Shown here: one piece after another, positions 1 through 9,741 of the stretch
Numbering within the stretch: the first letter of the stretch is position 1
Layout: each line of letters begins with the position of its first letter
Assembly (NCBI GenBank): GCA_051294905.1
Contig: CM119383.1
Coordinates: 10,168,001 to 10,232,000, forward strand
Direction: 5' to 3'
Length of the DNA: 64,000 nt
DNA from: Botryllus schlosseri
Lineage: Eukaryota
Translations under genes and position numbers: made by a program
The notes under the pieces: model-generated
What the model was told of the DNA's origin: nothing
Seen by the model: the letters and a program-made list of their open reading frames with translations, nothing else
The model's database searches: none

Positions 1-8
1 CAACTGAC

Positions 9-152
9 CTTTTGGTTTTTCTCTTCGTTCAACTGTAACCGTTGGTGATTTCGCCGTATCCGTCTTTCTACGTCTGACATGCATTGTTGCAGGTAGTGTA
101 AAAATTCTTCCTCGTACGACATCTTCATATATCTGGTGCTCTGCTGATAGGT
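9..152 (-). CDS. LUC7L3: LUC7-like protein 3, coding exon 3 (gene continues beyond window start)
   Basis: tttcag|TYQQSTRYMKMSYEEEFLHYLQQCMSDVERRIRRNHQRLQLNEEKNQK; the VERRIRR motif is typical of LUC7L3. The end is uncertain: probable donor AG|gtcagt at 8, otherwise the frame stays open to base 1. Confidence 0.88.
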
Positions 153-723
153 CTGAAACAATCGGAATAAGAAATGAAAATAGGATCTCGCACTGGACTG
201 TTTGTACATTCTGGCATTTCCACATGTAGAATGGCAGTGCAAGCTCAAACACAAGTTTGGTTTGGCCTGACAGGCGCAGTTCATCGTGCAAGAAATTGAG
301 GAGGTATTTGCAATTGCATAGATTTCCAGTGTCAACTTCTTTGTGCTGGTTGCTATTTTACTACTAGTTGCCTATACAGCCTACTCAACAAACAAGACAA
401 AAAGATTATCAATAGAGATAATTGTTAAAAATTATGATACAGATGATGTGTACAAATATTTTTTGCATCATTCAAACTTTGAATCATCAAGAACCAAGAA
501 CTAACACTTTGATGTTGAAAAATTTGAAAAATTACAATGCTCCATCAGCACAGTGAGTATAGTAAGAATACTATATGATGGTAAGTATACCAGAGTGGAA
601 TTGATGGCAGCATCACAGGCAGCTTTCCGTTTAATTACTTGACTAGTCTAATGCAAGAAACACGTCTGTCAGCTGCAACCTATTGCCGAAAAGAAAAACA
701 CTGTTTTCAGTTGACATATATAC

Positions 724-828
724 CTTTTTCAGGGCTTCATCATGAATTTTCGGACACGGTCCCAGATCTGATCTTGTATTAGTGAACAACTCTGCAGGGC
801 AGAATCCACAGAGAAAGTGCTTGCAGAC
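724..828 (-). CDS. LUC7L3: LUC7-like protein 3, coding exon 2 (first CCCH zinc finger)
   Basis: cag|VCKHFLCGFCPAELFTNTRSDLGPCPKIHDEALKK|gtatat; CGFCPAELFTNTRSDLGPC is the LUC7L3 signature; 105 nt, phase 0/0. Confidence 0.95.
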
Positions 829-966
829 CTGCCAGAACAATATATTGAAATCATTCAATGAACGGAAAATAGAAACCGTATTGGACAAATTGGTTGTTCA
901 AATTTACGAAGGAATGCGATGCACATTACCCAGATCCAGATGGCCAGATCAGATTGTATTACTTAC

Positions 967-1068
967 ATCCTTGTCACTCCAATGGAGATCCTGACTTTTG
1001 TCGTCCGGAGCAGCATTTCTATTTTTTCCCATCAACTCATCGAGCATTTGGGAAAGCTCCGAAGTCAT
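967..1068 (-). CDS. LUC7L3: LUC7-like protein 3 (U1 snRNP-associated splicing factor), coding exon 1
   Basis: ATG at 1068 gives MTSELSQMLDELMGKNRNAAPDDKSQDLHWSDKD, matching the LUC7 N-terminal LLDELMG-x-RN motif; ends at phase-0 donor GAT|gtaagt. Confidence 0.9.
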
Positions 1069-1838
1069 TGTGAATATTGATGATGGCTTCCCTTGAATTT
1101 AAAACAACAATTTAAATTCTACCGGCTACAATCTGAAGGTCTAGGAATATCTGATAACATTCCAGGCCTGCCAAAAATAATAGCGTAATGAACATTTTTT
1201 GTAATCACTACTTAGAGAATATACATCGATATACGAATAAAAAATTAATAATGGTTAACGATGACGGAACTTCCTTTCGTTACCCACCGACACCGTCACC
1301 GCTAACCCGATTCTCTTCGAGAAAATACTATTTTGCGGACATTAGGTCTACATCAGCATCGTGCTGCATTATGGTAACTTATATAGCTCAGTATAATTAT
1401 AGAAATTAAATTTCTATGGTATAACTTACTCAAATCATGGTATAGCCGATACTTTATGGTGAATGAATATTATATCGGTCAGTATTATGGGATCGAGTAT
1501 GACAAATACCAGTTTTTGTTATTCAAATTAACTGAAATCCTACACCAAAGTCCAGTTCTGCAGTTTCGACCATGCCGTAATTTTCTGAAGATGTCGATTC
1601 TTCAAAGAATATTTCCTTCTTGCTTCGCTTGTACAATAGTGATAAAACACAATGCACAAAAAGTATCACATCATAAGTAGGGGACCGAGTGTGCCTTTTA
1701 CTGATCGATAGCCGTCAATGTCATTGCTGCTATATTTTTTCATTCCGCAGTTCTTTTCCACTGATGATATCTAACGCTATTGTTGTGCGACTGGTCGATT
1801 TATTGATCGCTTCTACAACTTCTACGCTTGTACAACTT

Positions 1839-2049
1839 CTACACCACGCTGTTTTTCTTGCAGTTGCAATATTGGCATGACCTGTAATGATGAAAATTAA
1901 TAAACGAATGATTTATTAGTACTATTTCAAAAAAAAAAACACATTTACCACAGAAACTGTTCCTTCGGTAGACCTAGGTATGGTTTCCACGGATATTGAT
2001 ATTTCCACTTCCTATATTTGGCAGAAAGCACCGATTCAAAAATTTCCAT
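1839..2049 (-). CDS. Putative spliced micro-ORF, 47 aa (exons 1949-2049 and 1839-1881)
   Basis: ATG 2049, 67-nt GT-AG intron (1882-1948) with CTAAT branch-like motif and pyrimidine-rich acceptor; joined frame MEIFESVLSAKYRKWKYQYPWKPYLGLPKEQFLWSCQYCNCKKNSVV*. No homologue recognised. Confidence 0.35.
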
Positions 2050-2199
2050 CAAGCAATCCATTAAATTTTAAATGCGCACCAGTTATGAGCGCGAAATATC
2101 TTTGATGTAAACAATCGACTTCTACTACTATGGATCACTAAACTACGGTTAGTAATCTATACTTCTACTCTCAGTTCTTTGGAAATTGACAGCTTGGCG

Positions 2200-3429
2200 A
2201 TGGAGGATAGTAGTCATGTCGAAATTATTTTGAGACCAGAAACAATACTAAATCAAGTTGGTAAAACCGATATCATCAAAGCCGTCAAGTGCTACATGAG
2301 CACCCACAGTAGATATTCTTGTGCAGAGAAATTCACGAATCCCTTCTTGAGCCAGAATATCGTATCTTTTTCTACAACGAATGAAGATGGACATAAAAGC
2401 AATGTGGACAAGGTCGACGAAAAGAATGTTTACTACCACGCTTACAAATTATTTGATATCGAAGCCGCTGATGAAATTCTTGACAACAGGGATGATTCAG
2501 AACTTCCAGCAGCTTCACATCTGATAGTTCCATCAACGGCCCTTCACGGTTTGTGGGAAAGTTTGGTATTCGATAATAACATTAAAAAAAATCTTCTGCG
2601 CTACGTAAAAACTATTATTCAATATTCAGACCGACAAATCGATCCTAACATCATTTGTTGCAACAGAGTTATTTTGCTACACGGCCCACCTGGTACCGGT
2701 AAAACTTCTCTATGCCGCGCCTTAGCTCAAAAGCTAGCTATTCACATGTGTGACCGGTATCAGCAAGGTTCGCTTTTGGAGATAAACAGTCACAGTTTAT
2801 TTTCTCGTTGGTTTTCCGAGAGTGGAAATTTGGTCAGAAAGATGTTTGCGAAGATCGAAGAACTTGTTGCTGATCAAGATAATTTTGTGTGTGTCCTAAT
2901 CGACGAAGTTGAGAGCTTAACCTGTGCCAGGGCCTCTCACAATTCCGGAACAGAACCTTCCGATGCGATTCGAGTCGTCAACGCTTTACTGACACAGATC
3001 GACAAGATCAAGCACTATTCCAATGTTATAATAATGGCTACTTCGAACGTGACAGGCAAATTGGATGAAGCATTTATCGATAGAGCGGATGTAAAGCAAT
3101 ATATCGGCAATCCCTGTAAGCAGGCAATATACGAGATTTTAAGGTCTTGCATCCTTGAACTCATGAGAGGTGGGATCATTTATCCTACCGTCACAGTTCC
3201 AGAAGCAGGATCTGGCTACGAGGATTCAAATTACCATTCCTTTTCAAACCGGCTCATGGAAATATCTGAAAAATGCCAAGGTTTAAGTGGTAGATCATTG
3301 CGTAAACTGCCTCTTTATGCACACGCCAATTTCCTCAACACTACTAGCTATACCTTGGAAACTTTTCTTGATGCTCTATTGAAATCTGCCGATAGTATGT
3401 TCAATGAAATGAAAATGCTAAGTGAATGA
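2200..3429 (+). CDS. TRIP13: Pachytene checkpoint protein 2 homolog / TRIP13 AAA+ ATPase, single exon, 409 aa
   Basis: Walker A GPPGTGKT, pore loop SHSLFSRWFSESG, Walker B LIDEVES, TEPSDAIRVVNALLTQID, FIDRAD arginine finger, GLSGRSLRKLP sensor 2. First in-frame ATG is at 2200 (the ORF track starts at a TTG at 2179). Confidence 0.96.
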   Translation: MEDSSHVEIILRPETILNQVGKTDIIKAVKCYMSTHSRYSCAEKFTNPFLSQNIVSFSTTNEDGHKSNVDKVDEKNVYYHAYKLFDIEAADEILDNRDDSELPAASHLIVPSTALHGLWESLVFDNNIKKNLLRYVKTIIQYSDRQIDPNIICCNRVILLHGPPGTGKTSLCRALAQKLAIHMCDRYQQGSLLEINSHSLFSRWFSESGNLVRKMFAKIEELVADQDNFVCVLIDEVESLTCARASHNSGTEPSDAIRVVNALLTQIDKIKHYSNVIIMATSNVTGKLDEAFIDRADVKQYIGNPCKQAIYEILRSCILELMRGGIIYPTVTVPEAGSGYEDSNYHSFSNRLMEISEKCQGLSGRSLRKLPLYAHANFLNTTSYTLETFLDALLKSADSMFNEMKMLSE

Positions 3430-4140
3430 AAATATATAGGGTTTTCCCTACCTGATATGCCAAATAATGGAACGTCTGGACCAAAATATCAGATAAAGCG
3501 TTATAACACATTCATGCCGATAGCAGTCGACGGGGAAAGATTGACGTTTCAGCAATGCGACTCCAGAATGGAGTGAAATGGGGAACTCATGTAAGATATC
3601 ATTATAGAGTCATTCAATTTTCGACCATCAGGTCAGCGTACTTAGTATTTTGTTGTTATGTATAGTCTGTTCTTAGTTCTTGTTGAATGTTAGTTTAAAT
3701 TTGCTTCGTATTTCTGCGTTGATGAAGATTTTCCATCATTGACTTCTTATGGTATTCAAATGGCAATGCTGTATAGCGATAGGACAGAAGGTAGACAGAA
3801 GACAGTGTAGTACAGAGATGCCAAACATACGGCCTGGCCCGCCAGACGATTTCATCCGGCCCACGAAGCAATTCTGACTTCTGAGTACTTTGAAAAATGC
3901 TTTTATTATTCAGCACTTTTATAACGGATGTTGAGATTTTCAATGAGAAATACTCCTATTACCGTAACTAATCCGTCAAAACGACGAATCTTGAATCCAT
4001 TTTCTCCGGAGAGAGACATCGCTATTTCAGAAGAACTTTGATATGAGCTTCTTGATAGCAACGACTAGGCTGGACGTGATGTGTTCATTGAGAAGTTTGT
4101 TTCTTTATTTTGATGCATGATGTTGGAACGTGGTTGGTGT

Positions 4141-5409
4141 CAGAAGTGGTCAGTAACGAAGTACTCAAGTAGTTGTCCTCTACTTCTGGTACTTACTCAA
4201 GTAGATCTGATTTTTGCTACTTCTACTTAATAATATTTTGTGGTCTACTTACTTACTTTTCGCTATTTTCAGTTTGTCAAGTAGAAGTAGATTAATCCTC
4301 CAATCAGGAATATAGCCTAAGGAGTTTCGGGGCTATTTTCACGGAGTATCAACATTTAATTTTCATAAAAGTTGAGCAAGCCCAGAATTTTCGTCGCGCT
4401 TTGCGCTCAGTGGATACGAAGTAGCCAGCATGATTTTACGAAAGTATCAGTGAATATCATTTAGGTAGCGGGTTGGCGTGATTCCGTTCACACCGCATTG
4501 TCGCCCTTCGCCCATATGAAATATTTCATCACAGTATATACGGCTCGTCATAACGTTTGAAACTGATGTTTCGCAATCTAGTATTTACTTATATCGTAAT
4601 CTAGCAGCCCAAGGCGTGTCTTAATCGGGAAAGTGGACTCTGACTTTTTTAGTTTTAGAGCTGTTTTAGCATATCACCTTTAAAACTTTCTGGACTAAAT
4701 ACATGAAATACATTTTCCGCTTCTAGAAATAGCATTCATATTTCACTTTCAATTCCCAGCGTCATATACTTTGAGTTCTAAATTCATATCAGTTCTTTTG
4801 TCTGGACAACATACATGTTGAAGTATAAAAGCAAGTGTAGTAATGACTTTAATTTCCGGAAATAAAGCTACACAATATGGAATTTTTACGATCCATCATT
4901 TTTTTATTAACGTTTACTAATCGCGCAAAGTGTTTACACCGTATCCTACACGACTTCTCCGTATTGCTCTTCGACTAAAGTACGGGCCTGTTAATATGGG
5001 GAGTGCGTCATACCATGATATTTTCTAAAACGTGCTGTTCGAGTAAACAGAGGATTTTGCATCGCATTTCCATATCAATGCTATCATTTTCATCCCATGA
5101 TGCGCACAAATGCCTATGCTGTCGAAAATTGGATACCTCCTGGTATGCATCATATGAATCAACTATTGCCACCTTTCGCATAGCTCAATTTGCCCCTTTT
5201 GACAATTCATGCGAACGACTTACGATCGTTTTCACATCTACTTATTTACTTGAGTAGAATTGACGTCAGTCAATTATACTTCTACTTCAAGTAGTTTTAG
5301 GTTTCTTATGGAAAAAGTACTTCAACTCGTACTTGAGTAGATTTTTTCGTCGCTACTTCTACTTCTACTTCAACTTGAGTAGCTGTCTTGACTACTTTGA
5401 CCACCTCTG
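4141..5409. mobile_element. MITE family A (CAGAGGTGGTCA termini, AGTA/TACT-rich subterminal repeats)
   Basis: CAGAAGTGGTCA … TGACCACCTCTG. Other copies or fragments at about 9230-9455, 19285-19620, 49247-50091 (near-identical 8-bp flanks TTTGTACC/TCTGTACC), 55752-56283, 60190-60302 and 63735-63850. Confidence 0.75.
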
Positions 5410-6448
5410 GTTGTAGCCAGGACCGAAACAACACCTTTAAGCCAACTCCCGCCTCCAAAACATAAAGTCCACTATAGGGTGATCGATACAACTTCTGGTG
5501 GGCTTACTATATGCACATGGTTTCTCTTAAAATTGCGATTACAATTAGTCTTAATACAGTAATTGTTATTTAAAGTATCATTTATTTTAGTTATTGCCTT
5601 CACCATCGAGATGCTTCGACGACGGAAATGCGATACGACCTATAGTCTGCACCCCCGTTTATTTTCTTCTCCATGCTATCCGTGGAAGCTGAGCGCCTAA
5701 CGGGATGGTTGCGGATACCAATTTTCTGGTCTTTAGTATGACCCGGCCGGATGTATCACCATTACACTATTTAGCTAGGCAGGGTACCCATGTTAAAATG
5801 AATATCTGCCCGTATTTCGAAACCAATGTAACACTCGTAATAACGATAAATCGCGCGCAGCGCGAAGAACGAACTCAAGTAGCATAAATCCTCCTCAAAA
5901 CAAGATATTGTTTATCCTGATTTACGAAAAAAATTTCAGCTCCCTGCAAGCCTTCCAAATTCCGGACATTTAAGCATATTTCAGCATATCCTCCAGGACG
6001 CAGTTTATAGTGAAACTACGGACGAATGACAACCCTAATGTACTTGCAAATATTATTCTAATGGGATCTGCATCCCCAATCATGACTATTATCACCCTGA
6101 TTTTTCACAGTCTGGATGATGTCGTTTACCAGTTATGTTTGATATTAATGAGCGACATATATTTAGTTTTGCTGATATAGTGTCCATTTCAATCTTGTAA
6201 AGGAAGAGAACGGACGATTAAAGGACAATGCTGAATTTAGGACGGAAATTAGGACGATAAATATGTTTTTTACGTTTTTCCTTTCACCCGTTGTTGAGCA
6301 ATCTGTGGTAAATAACTGAATATATCACTAAAGGTAACATCAAATTATGCATTGTAGAATTGCAACGGCAAACAGGGTGCAGAGAACACGTTCTCGACTA
6401 CCCGTTTTCTCATGCTTCTGTTGTTATTCATATATACGTGTATATCAA

Positions 6449-6468
6449 GTGTGTGTGTGTGTGTGTGT
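6449..6468. repeat. (GT)10 microsatellite
   Basis: Direct reading. Confidence 0.95.
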
Positions 6469-7389
6469 GCGATGTGGAGTGGAGGAATCAGTGCCTCACC
6501 AGGCATGAACCACACCGCACGTCACTGGTCTGTTCTTGCTTGCTTACTCAATCGCATAAGCCCTGGAGTGATGTTGCGTTCAAACCTCAAATTTTATGGC
6601 AAGGCGGCGTACCCGTACGCGTTATTATTCCATTCACCGACGTCTCCCAGTTATTCGGCTCTCGTTCAAATCAAATCGAAGGTGGAGACTTTCAAGACAA
6701 GACCACGCGATTTTTTCAGGTTACACTAGCCTATAGATAGTTAGCATTTGTACAAGGCAATGACGGTTACAGGATATTTTTTATGAATTTCAACTAAACT
6801 TTCAAGGGTCAGCGAATAAAAAAAGGTAAAGAACCACTGTTTTAGTCTAGGCCCAGGGGAGCGTCTGATTTAAAAGACTGCTCAAAGTCGCTTCTGCACC
6901 TATTTATATTTTCATTGTATCATAATTTTGCGATGCTATGATAGGGTGTAATTATTATTAAACGGAGGATGACCTATTCTGTGGAGAGCTTCTGTCGTAT
7001 CAGCGGGTGTATAATACGCGGACTCGAGATGGCGTGCTTGCATCAGACTATTGTATTATGCCAAGTTACTCGAGACTGATATCGATTTTTGCAGGCCGAA
7101 ACCGATTATTTATCGACACACTCACAAGGCCGATGACCGATATCATAGGCCGATATTAATATGGAAGGAGCAGAGAACTATTTCGTCAGAAATATTATAT
7201 ATTAGGCAAGATTCCACTGGTACATGCCAAATAAAGCTGAACAACAAACGAGAAAACTAAAATTGAAAAGAATTAATGCTTAATTGTGCACATTCATTGA
7301 AATTTGGGATCGCCCAGGTCGATAAAATCGGTCGACCTCTCCTCGAGACGACCTCTCCCTCTCATACGTCCAGAATTCGTCATTGATGC

Positions 7390-7670
7390 TGTTTTTAGTA
7401 GCGTATGCATGGTCATTATTCGCCGGGCTGATATTCCTCAATATGATTCCCGATCTGTCGACCTGTATACCACGGCCCACTTTCATTCTAGACTTTTGTA
7501 AGACATCGCTCACGAGAATCGAATGACGAGGAGGAGCCTGATAGGCGCGACCTAGATAAACCATCTCAGGTAGGAATTCCGGTGCCAACCTCCGTCGGAC
7601 TCGAACCCACAATAAGCCATTGGTGTTGTAGTGGTGGATGGCATGTACCACTACCTTGTCACGCCACCAC
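7390..7670 (-). mobile_element. tRNA-derived SINE, near full-length copy
   Basis: Minus strand shows an A-box-like TGGCGTGACAAGGTAGTGG and B box GGTTCGAGTCC (7597-7607), then a body shared with five other copies. Confidence 0.8.
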
Positions 7671-7782
7671 AGAATTTGTCATAATAAGACAATTGTACAT
7701 AAATTTCCATGATCCAGACCGACGATGCTGATTCAAAACTGGCTCAAAGAAACATCATAAGAAGCCATCTCACCGCGTAAGC

Positions 7783-7915
7783 GATGTCTTAAAAGGGCCT
7801 AGAAGTGGGCCGTGATAAAAGTCGGCAGTTATGGAATCAAAAATAAGGAATATCGGCCTGGTGTAAATGACCATTGTAGTCGACAAACACCATGAATACC
7901 ACAAACAACAGCAAG
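7783..7915 (+). mobile_element. Same SINE family, 5'-truncated copy
   Basis: GTGGGCCGTG…AATATCGGCCTGGTGTAAATGACCAT…CACCATGAATACC body and tail. Confidence 0.75.
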
Positions 7916-8757
7916 CACAGTTAATTTGTAGTCCACCGTTATCAACGAATACATCTGTAGTCCAGATCACTGCTATCTGTCATAACTCTACTTAACCTGT
8001 TTCACGTTGATGTGTTCAGGACAATTATTGTTACTGCGGCCTCTACAATTCTAGTCCATCTCGCTACACTGCGACCAAGAACGAGCGTTCCGTCATTGAA
8101 GGACCTGAGGCACCTGCATTGCTAATGCAGGAGTAAACACTATGTGAACACTATTCAGCACATCATTTACTAAATCTAAATGAAATACCCGCAAACGACT
8201 AAATCATCTAAAATCATTTCAATGTGTATTTTCGTCACTAGAACACTTCGGTTCACATATACATAAGCACTGCAATATATCAAGTTCGCCCGAGTTTCTG
8301 CACAAGAAAAACAGTCGCGATCACAATACCCGAAAGATTTTGCAATATTACCGTCGTCATATAGGCTTCGTTCACATTATCGGCACTAGCATGTAAAACA
8401 TGCATGCGACAGTTCAGTCATAGGCCGAAAAATTAATAAACTCTAGTATGCAATATTGAGAATAAAAAAGGAACTATTAGGACGCACTAAAAGACTAAAA
8501 AATGATTCAGAAAGCCTTGAGAAGTATACAATAACGAATTCAAAATACATAATCGTTACAATCCACATATTCGAAGGCAAAAAAAGTAAAGCACCTATTG
8601 TACTACTACTTTACATGTTCGAACAGACCCAATGTTAAAAAATATTCCCTCGTAAGAAAGTTTCTATTGTCATGGAATTTGCTTTTTCCTGTTCCTCCTT
8701 CGTAGTTGCTGCGTCGCTGTCATGGTCGAATGCTTTGCGGTCTCATTAAACGCGAGT

Positions 8758-9144
8758 TCATCCGAGCGCGTGTACCATGTTGGAATGATTCAGTCCAAGC
8801 GCCAAACTCCCGGTAGCCGAGCCAGCGGTAGGGTGGGAAGTGTGGTGGATGGGGTGGTGGGCGGAGTGTGGAATCATATGGTGCGATGGCCCGCCAAAGC
8901 TGGAACCTGCCAGGTGGTGGGGCATGTGGTGGTGGGGGTGGTGCGGTATCCCGCCTAGTGAGTGCATGGGCGGGCCAAAAGAGCCGGGAGAGTACGCTGC
9001 GCCACCTAGCGCGCTTTTATCGAGGAATTTGAAATTCCCTTGAAACTGCGGATCCCGACACAGGCTCGACTTCTTCAGTTTGGTCGAGATTTTGCGGTTG
9101 CGCGTCTGGATCCCTTCCTTTTTCATAGTCAATGGGCGATTTAC
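8758..9144 (-). CDS. GATA1/2/3: GATA1/2/3-class transcription factor, coding exon 5 (basic tail and His-rich C-terminus)
   Basis: ttttcag|VNRPLTMKKEGIQTRNRK...HSNMVHALG*; the C-terminal MVHALG resembles the GATA2/3 MVTAMG end. Confidence 0.95.
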   Translation of the reverse strand, partial: VNRPLTMKKEGIQTRNRKISTKLKKSSLCRDPQFQGNFKFLDKSALGGAAYSPGSFGPPMHSLGGIPHHPHHHMPHHLAGSSFGGPSHHMIPHSAHHPIHHTSHPTAGSATGSLALGLNHSNMVHALG

Positions 9145-9615
9145 CTGAAATACCAATGCAAATTCGATTTGAAAATTGGCAGCAAACACGCAGATTTGTC
9201 ATATTAATAGGTATGGTCAAATCAGTCTTCGTTAGTGCTCATGTAAAAGTAGAAGTTAAGTCGTAATTTTATAGTCAAGTACAATTAGAGGCAGCAATTT
9301 CCAAGTAAGTAGAGAAGTTGTATTCTAGGCCTAGTTTTGCCTGAAAACCGAAAACTGTTACCTATAAGTAATCTAAGATCATAATTCATAGCCACTCGAA
9401 CAAGTAGGTTAAACGTACTTGAGTACTTCGGAGAAGTAAGAAGTACTTTGTTACTGGCCAATTCCTGATAATATCAATAGTTAATTAGCATGTCAAAATT
9501 CGGGTTTAATTGGCAGACTAAGCTAAGGCATGTCGGTGGTTTGGTGCATCATTTTCATTATGATCGGGCGAGAATAAAAATAAAAATGGATGAGCAATGA
9601 GCATGAGCATATTAC

Positions 9616-9741
9616 CCCGTGCAATTTGAAATAGAGGCCGCAAGCGTTGCAGACTGGATCACCGTTTGTGTTGCGTCTCCATAAAGTGGTCGTGGTGGTG
9701 GAGCAGTTACTGCAGCTTGTACCGGCTCGTCGCGCTGCCGA
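9616..9741 (-). CDS. GATA1/2/3: GATA1/2/3, coding exon 4 (C-terminal zinc finger)
   Basis: tttaacag|[42 protein letters not shown]|gtaata; 126 nt, phase 0/0. Not shown in the ORF track. Confidence 0.97.

Noticed and set aside
2179-2199. ORF-track starts at TTG/GTG codons (TRIP13 2179, GATA 25058 and 21668)
   Set aside because: Bacterial-style start rules do not apply; the first in-frame ATGs or splice acceptors were used instead.
7597-7670. tRNA gene
   Set aside because: A and B boxes are present, but no convincing cloverleaf, and the sequence continues into a dispersed repeat body; it is a SINE head.
8650-8700. miR-281 gene on the + strand
   Set aside because: The match is imperfect beyond nt 12 and the only local hairpin is far too short for a pre-miRNA; better read as a target site on the minus-strand mRNA.
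8722-9043. + strand ORFs 8722-8958 and 8840-9043 (also 20664-20921, 21194-21475, 17610-17807)
   Set aside because: Antisense shadows of GC-rich GATA exons.
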